Assembly: GCA_963607995.1 (NCBI GenBank)
Contig: CAVDGK010000001.1
Coordinates: forward strand, 1-44,262
From: Oscillospiraceae bacterium
GTDB lineage: Bacteria; Bacillota; Clostridia; Lachnospirales; Lachnospiraceae
Length of the DNA: 44,262 nucleotides
Direction: 5' to 3'
The position numbers and the translations under genes are program-made. Of this stretch, positions 17,742 through 27,366 are shown one piece after another. The notes beneath the pieces are model-generated. The model saw nothing but the letters and a program-made list of their open reading frames with translations. It was not told the DNA's origin and searched no databases. The stretch's first letter is position 1. Each line of letters begins with the position of its first letter.

Positions 17742-19002
17742 AATGACTAAAGTTTTGGCTGTCATCCTGGCAGCCGGACTTCTGGTAACCGGCTGCGGCA
17801 GTGGAAGCTCGAGTGCTTCCTCTGCTGATGAGACGGAAAGCAGTACACAGGACGTGACTTCATCTGAAACATCGACAGAGAATACTGAAAGTGAAGAGTC
17901 AGATGAGTCTGCAAGCGAAAGCGCCGGAGAGGTGGAGAAGGTTCAGGATGATTCCGCTCCCACCATCGATGGCCTGACCTATGAAGGCAGTCTGTCCCTT
18001 AAGTATGCCGAGAAATTTAAGGTTCATTATTATGAAGGCGGTTACAAGCTCATCGAGGTGGTGGATGATGCGTCCTACCTCATCGTGCCGGAAGATGGTG
18101 AGGCACCGGATGGTCTGGATTCATCAATCCAGGTTATTTACCAGCCCCTTGAAAATGTATACCTGGCAGCTACTTCAGCTATGTCGCTTTTTAGTGCCAT
18201 TGACGGCATTGACTGCATTAAATATTCAGGAACTAAGGCAGACGGCTGGTATGTGGATGCAGCCAAGACGGCTATGGAAAATGGTGAAATGACCTATGCC
18301 GGAAAATACAACGAGCCGGATTACGAGCTGCTGCTGGACGGTAACTGCGATCTGGCTATTGAATCCACAATGATCCTTCATACACCGAAGGTTCAGGAAA
18401 TGCTGGAAGAACTGGGAATCCCTGTGTTTACCGACCGGTCCAGTTACGAATCAAGTCCCATGGGCCGGACTGAATGGGTAAAATGCTATGCAGCCATGCT
18501 CAATAAGGAAGCAGATGCAGAAGCTTTCTTTGATGAACGGGAAAAGGCTATGGAAGAAGCAGATACCTATGAAAAGACAGATCTGAAGGTAGCTTTCTTC
18601 TATGTGGATACCAGCGGTTCCATTGTCGTTAGAAATAATACGGATTACATTGCCAAGATGATTGAGATGGCCGGTGCTGATTATACTTACAGCGATGTCT
18701 TTGATGACAGTGATGGCAAGGCAAACATTACCGTATCCATGGAACAGTTCTATGATGTGGCTCTGGATGCCGATTATCTCATTTATAACGCTTCTATCAA
18801 TCAGGCCCTGACAAGCGTGGATGATTTGCTTTCCAAGAGCGATCTTTTCGCTGATTTCAAGGCTGTAAAGGAAGGTCATGTTTACACCACAGGCAAGAGC
18901 CTTTACCAGGCAACGGATCATATCACGGACTTCGTTAAGGATGTTCATAAGATGATCAGCGGTGATGACTCTGACTACACATTCATCAGTAAGGTTGAAT
19001 AA
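17719..19002 (+). CDS. ABC transporter substrate-binding lipoprotein (BtuF/FecB class, likely corrinoid)
   Basis: VTGC lipobox, acidic linker, PDYELL...DLAI, GIPV..DRSSYE..PMGRTEWVK, FKAVKEGHVY; start may instead be 17743. Confidence 0.9.
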   Translation: MKKRLTNKMTKVLAVILAAGLLVTGCGSGSSSASSADETESSTQDVTSSETSTENTESEESDESASESAGEVEKVQDDSAPTIDGLTYEGSLSLKYAEKFKVHYYEGGYKLIEVVDDASYLIVPEDGEAPDGLDSSIQVIYQPLENVYLAATSAMSLFSAIDGIDCIKYSGTKADGWYVDAAKTAMENGEMTYAGKYNEPDYELLLDGNCDLAIESTMILHTPKVQEMLEELGIPVFTDRSSYESSPMGRTEWVKCYAAMLNKEADAEAFFDEREKAMEEADTYEKTDLKVAFFYVDTSGSIVVRNNTDYIAKMIEMAGADYTYSDVFDDSDGKANITVSMEQFYDVALDADYLIYNASINQALTSVDDLLSKSDLFADFKAVKEGHVYTTGKSLYQATDHITDFVKDVHKMISGDDSDYTFISKVE

Positions 19003-19138
19003 AAAGGAGCAGAAGGGTGTCAAATAAAGTAAGAATTCCGTTTAGAGAAAAGATGACAGGATTGTGCTTTAGGCTTTTGACACCTGCACACTGTGGTTTG
19101 TTGGAAACATTTGTAGTAAAATAAGATAGTAAAAAACA

Positions 19139-19172
19139 AAAGAACCCATCCAGTTTATCGGATGGGTTCTTT
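19139..19172 (+). terminator. Hairpin/terminator between the binding-protein and permease genes
   Basis: AAAGAACCCATCC-AGTTTATC-GGATGGGTTCTTT. Confidence 0.65.
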
Positions 19173-19329
19173 AAGTCAGAAAATAAGCAACGGCCGAAAA
19201 GGTGATGCCGCAAATCATGTGATATAAGGAATAAAGAACACTGCTGAAAAATTGTGCTGTAGAGTGTTTTAATCCTAATGCCGTGAATATAAGGGGCACA
19301 TCTTTTGGGCCGTTGGTTGGGAAAAATGC

Positions 19330-20370
19330 ATGAAAACATCAGCTTTTGATACAGAAAGTTTAAAAAGACGAACACGGTTTGCTATCGTTTTCGTGGTACT
19401 GGCCGTGACCTTCATCTTCATTGCCGTTCTTAATATTAATACCGGTAATGTTCATATTTCCCTGAAGGATATTGCAAAAATCATTTTCCTTCAGGATGGC
19501 AGTTTTAAGGAATACAGCATTATCTGGAAGATTCGTCTGCCCCGTATCATTATGGGCGCTTTGCTGGGGGGAGCTTTATCCCTTTCCGGCTTCCTGCTTC
19601 AGACTTTCTTCGAAAATCCTATCGCCGGTCCCTTTGTGCTGGGTATTTCATCCGGTGCTAAGATGATGGTGGCCTTTACCATGATCGGTTTTCTGCAGAT
19701 TTCCGCCAATGTTTCGTCCTGGGCCCTGATCATTGCCGCATTTGCGGGATCCATGATTTCCATCGGCTTTATTTTATTATTTGCCAGAAGAATCAAAAAT
19801 ATGGCGATCCTTCTGGTGGCCGGTATCATGATCGGATACATCTGTTCTGCCGTGACAGATTTCGTGGTTACCTTTGCAGACGATTCGGATATTGTCAATC
19901 TTCATGGCTGGTCCCAGGGAAGTTTTTCCGGTATGAGCTGGGATAATGTTTATATTGCCTTTATTATCATTGCCATTACTTTTGTCATTGTATTTATGAT
20001 GTCAAAGCCCATTGCAGCTTATCAGCTGGGGGAGGCTTACGCCCGGAGCATGGGTGTCAATATCAAGCGTTTCCGAGTCATGCTCATCGTTTTGTCCAGC
20101 ATTTTATCGGCAACGGTTACGGCTTTCGCCGGTCCTATTTCTTTCGTGGGTATTGCGGTGCCTTTCCTTATTAAGAGGGCACTGGGCAGTTCGAAACCCA
20201 TCGTGGTTATTCCGGCGGTCTTTTTAGGGGGAGCGGTTTTCTGTATGGGGTGTGATCTTATTGCCAGAATGGCATTTTCACCGGTGGAACTTAATATCAG
20301 CACGGTTACGTCCCTTTTTGGTGCTCCCATTGTTATTATCATGATGCTTAAAAGAAAGAGAGGTCACTAA
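19330..20370 (+). CDS. FecCD/BtuC family ABC permease
   Basis: IRLPR, LQTFFENPIAGPFVLGISSGA, LGEAYARSMG, GPISFVGIAVP motifs. Confidence 0.95.
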   Translation: MKTSAFDTESLKRRTRFAIVFVVLAVTFIFIAVLNINTGNVHISLKDIAKIIFLQDGSFKEYSIIWKIRLPRIIMGALLGGALSLSGFLLQTFFENPIAGPFVLGISSGAKMMVAFTMIGFLQISANVSSWALIIAAFAGSMISIGFILLFARRIKNMAILLVAGIMIGYICSAVTDFVVTFADDSDIVNLHGWSQGSFSGMSWDNVYIAFIIIAITFVIVFMMSKPIAAYQLGEAYARSMGVNIKRFRVMLIVLSSILSATVTAFAGPISFVGIAVPFLIKRALGSSKPIVVIPAVFLGGAVFCMGCDLIARMAFSPVELNISTVTSLFGAPIVIIMMLKRKRGH

Positions 20371-21476
20371 TGGATGCTTATCTGGAACTGAGAAACCTCT
20401 CGGTAGGATACGGAAAAAAAGAAATCGTATCCGATATGAATCTGAGCATAAAAAAGGGGGAAGTTATAGCCCTTATCGGTCCTAACGGTGCTGGAAAATC
20501 CACTCTTTTGAAAACGATTTCCCGGGAAATTGATGAAATCAGAGGTGATATTTTCTTTGATGGAAAAAATATTCGGGATTATACCTATCAGGAGCTTTCT
20601 ACAAAAATGGCGGTTATTTTGACGGACCGCATAAAAGTTGAACTTATGACCTGCCGGGATATCGTGGCAACGGGCCGTTATCCTTATACCGGCCGGCTGG
20701 GACTTCTGACGGAGGCGGATGAGGAAAAGGTTACGGAGGCTCTTCGCCGGGTGCATTCGGAAGATATTGCCTATAAGGATTTCAATAATATTTCTGACGG
20801 GCAGCGGCAGCGGATTCTTCTGGCCCGGGCAATCTGTCAGGAGCCGGAGCTGATCCTTTTGGATGAGCCGACATCCTATTTGGATATTCGTCACAAGCTG
20901 GAGCTTCTTTCTATTTTGGGAGAGATGGCACGGGAGAAAAATATTACCGTTATTACGTCCCTTCATGAGATCGATCTGGCGGAGAAAATGGCGGATCGGA
21001 TCATTACCGTAAAGGGTCAGGAAATATTTTCCATTGGCGAGCCGATGGAGGTATTTGAAGAGGAGAATATCCGAAAACTTTATGATATTGATAATGGTTT
21101 CTTTGATACGCTTTTTGGCAGTATTGAAATGAAGAAGCCGGAGGGCAATGAGCCGGCGGTTTTCGTTATTGCCGGGAGCGGATCGGGAATTCCTGTTTAC
21201 CGCGAACTGCAAAAGAGAGGCATTCCTTTTGCTACTGGCATTATTCATGAAAATGATATGGATTATCGCATTGCAAAGAAGCTGGCGGCATGGGTTGTCA
21301 GTGAAAAAGCTTTTGATCCTGTTTCCGACAGGGCTATGGATGAGGCAAAGATGGTTATGGGTAAATGTAGTAAAGTTCTTTGTCCATTGAAAGATTTCGG
21401 AGCTTTAAATGAACGGGTGAAAGAGCTGATCACGTTGGCTGAAAATGAGGGTAAGCTGGAAATGATGCCGGAATAA
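20370..21476 (+). CDS. ABC ATPase (FecE/BtuD class) with C-terminal extension
   Basis: GPNGAGKST, ISDGQRQR, LLDEPTSYLD, LHE; TAATG coupling to the permease. Confidence 0.95.
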   Translation: MDAYLELRNLSVGYGKKEIVSDMNLSIKKGEVIALIGPNGAGKSTLLKTISREIDEIRGDIFFDGKNIRDYTYQELSTKMAVILTDRIKVELMTCRDIVATGRYPYTGRLGLLTEADEEKVTEALRRVHSEDIAYKDFNNISDGQRQRILLARAICQEPELILLDEPTSYLDIRHKLELLSILGEMAREKNITVITSLHEIDLAEKMADRIITVKGQEIFSIGEPMEVFEEENIRKLYDIDNGFFDTLFGSIEMKKPEGNEPAVFVIAGSGSGIPVYRELQKRGIPFATGIIHENDMDYRIAKKLAAWVVSEKAFDPVSDRAMDEAKMVMGKCSKVLCPLKDFGALNERVKELITLAENEGKLEMMPE

Positions 21477-21656
21477 GCAGAAATTTGAGTATTGCAGAAG
21501 TGCAGTTCGGTTGGAGCTCAATTTTTGTCTGAGATAAACGATCTGCGAGGATGTGCAAGGATTCGGATTTGTACAGGTCTGCTGACGCAGCCCCGAATCC
21601 GGAGCAAGACTTGCGAGCAAGTCTTGACAATATATTTAGAAAAAAGGAGGAAAACG

Positions 21657-23003
21657 ATGGCATTTGAGCATTATGTTAATGCCGGTGGCAAGAGGCTCCG
21701 GTGCGGATTTACCACGGGAACTTGTGCGGCCCTGGCATCCCAGGCGGCACTGCGTTTCCTTCTGACAGGGCACTGGCCGGAAAAAGTGTCCATTATGACC
21801 CCTAAGGGATGGGAAGTCAGCGTCTCACCGGAGGCTTGCCAAAGTTCATCTGAATTAGAATTAATAAAGAGTGGAACGGGTTCGCTGAAAGATAAAGAAA
21901 AGAGTGGAACGGGTTCCCTGGAAGAAAAGGAAAAGAAAGAAAAAGGTTCACCGGACGATAAAGATAAAAGTGAAACAAATTCACTGGCAGATAAAAAGAC
22001 GGAAAAAAATCTGACAGAATCGAATAAGGAAGCCGCTTTAACAGTACCGGGTGATGAATCCGGCAAGTGGGCATCCTGCGGCATTCGCAAGGATGGTGGT
22101 GATGATATCGACAAAACCACCGGAGCCCTTATTATGGCGCAGGTTTCCTTGACAGATGAATCGGGAATTGTGATTGACGGCGGTTTTGGTGTGGGCCGGG
22201 TGACACGGCCGGGTTTGGACCAGAGTGTCGGCAATGCAGCCATCAACTCCGTTCCCCGGAAAATGATACGGGAAACCCTTGAGGATGTCTGCAAAAAAAT
22301 GGATTATCATGGTGGGGTAAAGGCCCTGATTTATGTGCCGGAAGGGGAAGAAATCGCCAAAAAAACCTTTAATCCTCATCTTGGTATTGAAGGGGGGATT
22401 TCCATCCTGGGAACTTCGGGCATTGTGGAACCTATGAGCACCCAGGCTCTGATCGATACGATTTGCGTGGAAATTCGTCAGGCAAAGGCTGTCGGACACA
22501 AAAGTCTTATTCTGACGCCGGGAAATTATGGACAGGATTTCCTGAATGCTCATCGGATTTATCCGGAGGGGACGGCTATCGTGCAATGCTCCAATTTCAT
22601 TGGTGAGGCTTTGGATGAATGTGGACGGCAGGGGTTTGAGGCTGTTCTTCTGGTAGGCCATGTGGGCAAGCTGGTGAAACTGGCGGGTGGTATCATGAAT
22701 ACCCATTCCCATCAGGCGGACTGCCGGGCGGAACTTTTTACGGCTCATGCTGCTCTATGCGGAGCAGACCGGGAGACAGTGAAGGCCCTGATGGATTCCG
22801 TTTCCACCGATGCCTGTCTTGAGATCTTGGATAAGGCAGGGCTTAAGGATGAGGTGGCTGCGAGCCTCCTTCAGGCTATAGAGAAACATTTAAAGAGACG
22901 GGCTGAAGATAAATATAAAATAGGTGCCTTGATGTTTTCCAACGTATATGGCGAGTTGGGATATACAAAGGAGGCTGGGGAGATTATCGATAAATGGAAA
23001 TAA
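21657..23003 (+). CDS. cbiD: Cobalt-precorrin-5B C1-methyltransferase with low-complexity insertion
   Basis: LRCGFTTGTCAA, KDGGDD.D.T, GVGRVTRPGL, TFNPHLGIEGGISILGTSGIVEPMS; AAGGAGG RBS. Confidence 0.96.
   Translation: MAFEHYVNAGGKRLRCGFTTGTCAALASQAALRFLLTGHWPEKVSIMTPKGWEVSVSPEACQSSSELELIKSGTGSLKDKEKSGTGSLEEKEKKEKGSPDDKDKSETNSLADKKTEKNLTESNKEAALTVPGDESGKWASCGIRKDGGDDIDKTTGALIMAQVSLTDESGIVIDGGFGVGRVTRPGLDQSVGNAAINSVPRKMIRETLEDVCKKMDYHGGVKALIYVPEGEEIAKKTFNPHLGIEGGISILGTSGIVEPMSTQALIDTICVEIRQAKAVGHKSLILTPGNYGQDFLNAHRIYPEGTAIVQCSNFIGEALDECGRQGFEAVLLVGHVGKLVKLAGGIMNTHSHQADCRAELFTAHAALCGADRETVKALMDSVSTDACLEILDKAGLKDEVAASLLQAIEKHLKRRAEDKYKIGALMFSNVYGELGYTKEAGEIIDKWK
21867..21998 (+). repeat. Degenerate in-frame 33-bp tandem repeat (4 units) inside cbiD
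   Basis: KSGTGSLKDKE / KSGTGSLEEKE / KKEKGSPDDKD / KSETNSLADKK. Confidence 0.8.
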
Positions 23004-23698
23004 AAAAAGGTAAGTTTTATGCGGTGAGCACAGGGGTGGGGGATTCAGAACTGATAACCCTAAAGGCTCTTCGCATTTTGAAAGAGACAAAAGTCTGGGC
23101 TGTACCGGTGTCTCCAAATGGAAGCTCAACAGTTTTGCATATTGTAGAGGGCCTTGTGGACTGCTCAGAAAAGAAAATGCTCATGCTCAAGACCGCTATG
23201 TCTACAGATAAGGATGTGCTTCAGTATTTTCATGATGAGCAGGCAAATGAAATTGAGCAGGCACTTGGTCAGGGAGAGGATGTTGCCATGATTTCCCTGG
23301 GAGATGTGTCCCTTTATTCCACGGCGGCTTACATCGTTGAAAAGCTGATGGCAAAGGGCTATGAATGTGCCATGATTCCGGGAGTAACCAGTGCCTGCGC
23401 TGCAGCCTGTGCCCTGAATCTGTCTCTGGCAGATATGAAGGAAGCAGTGCATATTATACCGGCTGCTTATGGGGATATGGATGAGGCGCTGTCTCTGAAA
23501 GGCACTAAGGTGCTTATGAAATCCGGTAAATCATTGTCCGGCCTTTTGGATAAAATTCGGGAAAAAGGACTTTCTGAAAATGCAGCTCTTGTGGCAAACT
23601 GCGGCATGGAAAATGAGGTTTTGTGCCGTGACATAAATGAAATGGATAAAATGACAGGGTATTTCACTACCGTTGTAGTGAAAGATAAGGAGGTTTAA
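22994..23698 (+). CDS. cbiL: Cobalt-precorrin-2 C20-methyltransferase
   Basis: GVGDSELITLKA, LGDVSLYST, IPGVTS, VLMKSG; position in the cbi cluster. Confidence 0.92.
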   Translation: MEIKKGKFYAVSTGVGDSELITLKALRILKETKVWAVPVSPNGSSTVLHIVEGLVDCSEKKMLMLKTAMSTDKDVLQYFHDEQANEIEQALGQGEDVAMISLGDVSLYSTAAYIVEKLMAKGYECAMIPGVTSACAAACALNLSLADMKEAVHIIPAAYGDMDEALSLKGTKVLMKSGKSLSGLLDKIREKGLSENAALVANCGMENEVLCRDINEMDKMTGYFTTVVVKDKEV

Positions 23699-23699
23699 A

Positions 23700-24455
23700 A
23701 TGGTACATTTTGTAGGGGCCGGTCCGGGTGCACCGGATCTTATTACGTTAAGAGGTAAGGAACTTCTTGAGCAGGCAGATCAGGTTATCTATGCCGGAAG
23801 TCTGGTTAATCCGGTGCTTCTTGGTTTCTGTCATGAAAACTGCCGCATTTATAATAGCGCGGAGCTGACACTGGAAGAGGTAATTGACCTTATCGAAAAA
23901 GCGGAAAAAAATGGCGAGACAACGGTACGTCTCCATACGGGAGATCCCTGCCTTTACGGTGCTATCCGTGAGCAGATGGATGAATTAAAACCCCGGGGCA
24001 TCGACTATGATATTACACCAGGTGTTTCCAGTTTCTGTGGGGCAGCGGCAGCCGCTGAAGCCGAATATACATTGCCCGGTATCAGTCAGACCGTTATTAT
24101 TACCAGAATGGCAGGGCGGACCCCGGTGCCGGAGCGGGAAAGCATGGTGTCTCTTGCCCAGCATGGGGCAACCATGGTGGTGTTCCTTTCCTCCGGTCTC
24201 CTTCCTAAGGTTCAGGAGGCACTGCTGGAAGGCGCTTATACAGAAAAGACACCCTGTGCCCTGGTTTATAAAGCAACCTGGCCGGAACAGCGGGTGCTTT
24301 ACACCCGTCTGGGAACTTTGGCTGAAAAAGCAGCCGAGGCAGGTATTTCCAAGACAGCCCTTGTGCTGGTAGGGGATTTTCTTGGAGAAGGATATGAAAG
24401 AAGCAAGCTTTACGATCCGGAATTTACCACGGAATTCCGTGAGGCCAGTCGATGA
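23700..24455 (+). CDS. cbiF: Cobalt-precorrin-4 C11-methyltransferase
   Basis: VHFVGAGPGAPDLIT, RLHTGDP..YGAIREQ, GRTPVPERE, SKLYDPEF. Confidence 0.96.
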   Translation: MVHFVGAGPGAPDLITLRGKELLEQADQVIYAGSLVNPVLLGFCHENCRIYNSAELTLEEVIDLIEKAEKNGETTVRLHTGDPCLYGAIREQMDELKPRGIDYDITPGVSSFCGAAAAAEAEYTLPGISQTVIITRMAGRTPVPERESMVSLAQHGATMVVFLSSGLLPKVQEALLEGAYTEKTPCALVYKATWPEQRVLYTRLGTLAEKAAEAGISKTALVLVGDFLGEGYERSKLYDPEFTTEFREASR

Positions 24456-25489
24456 TCATTGAAGCAGCGGCTTTTACGGACCGGGGACTTGAACTGGCAC
24501 AGCGAATTCGGGATGAAATCCTGCCGGAGGAAGAGTGCAGGGTAAGTCGTCCCGGAAAAAGTCACAGGGAATGGACAAAACAAGCTTTTGAAAATGCAGA
24601 TGCTTTGATCTTTGTTGGAGCAGCGGGCATTGCGGTGCGGTCTATTGCACCCTTTATTCAAAGGAAAGACCAGGATCCGGCCGTTATCGTGATGGATGAG
24701 GGCGGCCGCTTTGTTATTCCCCTTCTATCCGGTCATATTGGCGGTGCCAATGAGCTGGCGGAAAAGATAGCCAAAAGGCTTGGAGCTATCTGTGTGACCA
24801 CCACGGCAACGGATGTTAATGGGCTCTTTGCAGTGGATGTGTGGGCCAAAAAGCAGGGGTTATTCATAACCGATATTTCGCGGATTAAAAATGTATCCGG
24901 AAAGCTTCTTCGTGGGGAGACGGTTTTCTGTGAGAGCGAATTTGAAATTAAAGGCACAGCACCTGCAATGGTTGAACTCCTTCAGGAGCAGAAAAATGAG
25001 GGAAAAGAAACATCCTGCGAGATGATGGAAAACAGGATTTCCCCGGACTTTCGCCTGACGGTTCATGCTCATACAGATCAGGCTCTAGATCTGGTTCCAC
25101 GAACGCTTATGCTTGGCATAGGATGTAAGAGGGATACACCGGAAGAGAAGATCGAGCATCTTTTTGAAAAAGTTTTTAAAGAAAATAATTTATACAAAGA
25201 AGCTGTCATTGGTGTTTCCTCCATTGATGTTAAGGCCAATGAGGCAGGACTTATTTCATTTTGCAAAAGGCATGGATTTTCATTTACCACATTTTCAGCG
25301 GAGGAGCTAAAAAATGTGCAGGGTGAATTTCATGGCTCCGGCTTTGTCAGTCAAACGGTGGGGGTGGATAATGTCTGTGAAAGAAGTGCTGTCTGTGGAT
25401 GCCAGGGAAATCTTTTGATTTCGAAGGCGGCTGAGGATGGTGTTACCATGGCTGTAGCTGAAAAGCTATATGAAGCGGAGTGGAAATAA
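24452..25489 (+). CDS. cbiG: Cobalt-precorrin-5A hydrolase
   Basis: GIAVRSIAP..KDQDPAV, LLSGHIGGAN, TTATD, LGIGCKR, VGVDNVCERSA. Confidence 0.95.
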   Translation: MIIEAAAFTDRGLELAQRIRDEILPEEECRVSRPGKSHREWTKQAFENADALIFVGAAGIAVRSIAPFIQRKDQDPAVIVMDEGGRFVIPLLSGHIGGANELAEKIAKRLGAICVTTTATDVNGLFAVDVWAKKQGLFITDISRIKNVSGKLLRGETVFCESEFEIKGTAPAMVELLQEQKNEGKETSCEMMENRISPDFRLTVHAHTDQALDLVPRTLMLGIGCKRDTPEEKIEHLFEKVFKENNLYKEAVIGVSSIDVKANEAGLISFCKRHGFSFTTFSAEELKNVQGEFHGSGFVSQTVGVDNVCERSAVCGCQGNLLISKAAEDGVTMAVAEKLYEAEWK

Positions 25490-25510
25490 TTGATATATAC
25501 ACCGGCTTTG

Positions 25511-25683
25511 GCACTCCTGCACGGTAAGACACGCTCGTCGAGCACACATGCTCATACTTAAAAGAGTCGAGTGCGTGCACGATGACTGAGTTTAGTGAAG
25601 CAGCGGTTCCTTCGAACGAAGTGAGAATGGAACTACCGCTTTTAAGTGCCGGCCTCCTCGAGGGTCTTTCTTAGCAGGAGTGC
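25511..25683 (+). repeat. Structured ~175-bp intergenic repeat, copy 2
   Basis: Highly similar to 10043-10224; perfect terminal IR GCACTCCTGC/GCAGGAGTGC; lies between cbiG and cbiH. Confidence 0.85.
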
Positions 25684-25718
25684 ACTAGTCGGTATAGGTA
25701 TAAATTTGAGGAGAATGT

Positions 25719-26453
25719 ATGGGAAAAATATATATAGTTGGAATTGGGCCGGGAGAGAAGGCACAGATGACAGGCCGGGCCATAGAGGCCATGAAAGAAG
25801 CTGACGTTCTGTGCGGATACACCGTCTATGTGGATCTTGTCAAAGACATCTTCCCGGGAAAAGAAATATTTTCAACTCCGATGCTTCGGGAAATCGAGCG
25901 TTGTGAGTGGGCTGTCAGTGAAGCAGAAAAAGGAAGAAGTGTCGCCATGATCTGCTCCGGGGATGCCGGTGTTTACGGTATGGCTGAACCGGTAATCCGT
26001 CTGGCAGAGGGAAAAAATATCGACATTGAAGTGGTAGCCGGTGTGACGGCAGCCCTTTCCGGAGCCGCCGTTTTGGGAGCTCCCATGAATCACGACTTCT
26101 GTGTCATTTCCCTTTCTGACCTTTTGACCCCCTGGGAAGTCATTGAGAAGAGACTTAAAGCGGCCGGCATGGGCGATTTCTGTGTCTGTCTTTATAATCC
26201 TATGTCAAAAAAGAGACGGGATCACCTCCAAAGAGCCTGTGATATTCTCCTTGAAGAAAAGGATAAAAATACGATCTGCGGCTGGGTAAGAAATATTGGC
26301 CGGGAAGGCCAGGAGTCGAAAATCCTGACCCTTGGTGAACTAAGGGATGAAGAGATTGATATGTTCACCACTGTATTTATTGGAAATATGCATACTCATG
26401 TGGTGGATGGACACATGATTACCCCAAGGGGATATGAAGGAAAATACAAATGA
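25719..26453 (+). CDS. cbiH: Cobalt-precorrin-3B C17-methyltransferase
   Basis: VGIGPG, SGDAGVYGMA, HDFCVISLSDLLTPW, LYNP.S, MITPRGY. Confidence 0.96.
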   Translation: MGKIYIVGIGPGEKAQMTGRAIEAMKEADVLCGYTVYVDLVKDIFPGKEIFSTPMLREIERCEWAVSEAEKGRSVAMICSGDAGVYGMAEPVIRLAEGKNIDIEVVAGVTAALSGAAVLGAPMNHDFCVISLSDLLTPWEVIEKRLKAAGMGDFCVCLYNPMSKKRRDHLQRACDILLEEKDKNTICGWVRNIGREGQESKILTLGELRDEEIDMFTTVFIGNMHTHVVDGHMITPRGYEGKYK

Positions 26454-27181
26454 AGCTTTTGATATTTGGCGGAACCAGCGAGGGCCGGATTTTGGCAGAG
26501 GCACTTTGCCGGAAAGAACACGATGTGACCGTCAGCTGTGCCACGGCTCTTGGCTGCGAGGAACTGGGAGATATTCCCTGTCGGAAATTATGCGGCCGCA
26601 TGGACGTGGAGGAGATAAGGCAGGTGGCTTCTGACTTCGATATGGTCATTGATGACACGCATCCCTATGCAGCTATCGTAACAGCCAACATAAAAGAGGC
26701 TTGTGGTAATGAGATTCCTCTGCGGCGAATTCAGCGTCAAAGCGGTGAAGCAGAAGGCGTGATCCTGGTTAAAAGCTGCAGTGAGGCCGCATCCTTTCTT
26801 GAAAATAAAGAAGGAAATGTACTGCTGACCACCGGAGCCAAGGAACTTTCAGCTTTTGGTAATTTAAATCCGGAACGGATTTTTGCCAGAATTCTGCCCA
26901 TGCATGAGGGTCTGGAAGCTTGTGAAAGGATTCATCTTCCTCATAAAAATATTATCGCCATGCAGGGACCGTTTTCAAAAAAAATGAATGAAGCCCTGAT
27001 GGAACAGTTTAATATTGCCTGGATGGTGACGAAAAATAGTGGTCGGGCCGGTGGCTTTGAAGAAAAAATCGAAGCGGCAAAAAAAGAAAATGTCTCTGTG
27101 GTTTTGGTGGAAAGACCGGAGGATGCCGGCATTTCCATGGAAGAATTCCTTGATGAATTGGATGCTCAGGTGAATAAATGA
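26450..27181 (+). CDS. cbiJ: Cobalt-precorrin-6A reductase
   Basis: FGGTSEG, ID.THPYA, IIAMQGPFS..MN, VTKNSG..GG..EK. Confidence 0.95.
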   Translation: MKLLIFGGTSEGRILAEALCRKEHDVTVSCATALGCEELGDIPCRKLCGRMDVEEIRQVASDFDMVIDDTHPYAAIVTANIKEACGNEIPLRRIQRQSGEAEGVILVKSCSEAASFLENKEGNVLLTTGAKELSAFGNLNPERIFARILPMHEGLEACERIHLPHKNIIAMQGPFSKKMNEALMEQFNIAWMVTKNSGRAGGFEEKIEAAKKENVSVVLVERPEDAGISMEEFLDELDAQVNK

Positions 27182-27366
27182 GCATGCTCAGAAAATGGAA
27201 GCGAATTGAAAAGCACAAAGCCGAATAGATAATCGAATAAGCTTTGCAAAGAATATCAAATTGCAAAGTTATATCTTTTTGCAGGAAGTAGTTCCGGAGA
27301 ATGATATTAAGGCTACGAAGATGTTTTGAAAAGTCGGAAATGTAAGAAAAAAGAGGATTGGATACT

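Noticed and set aside
21140..21476. C-terminal extension of the ABC ATPase as a novelty
   Set aside because: I recall similar extensions being common in clostridial cobalamin/iron ABC ATPases.
20367..22748. Long antisense ORFs opposite the ABC ATPase and cbiD
   Set aside because: Shadow frames of well-supported genes with no motifs of their own.
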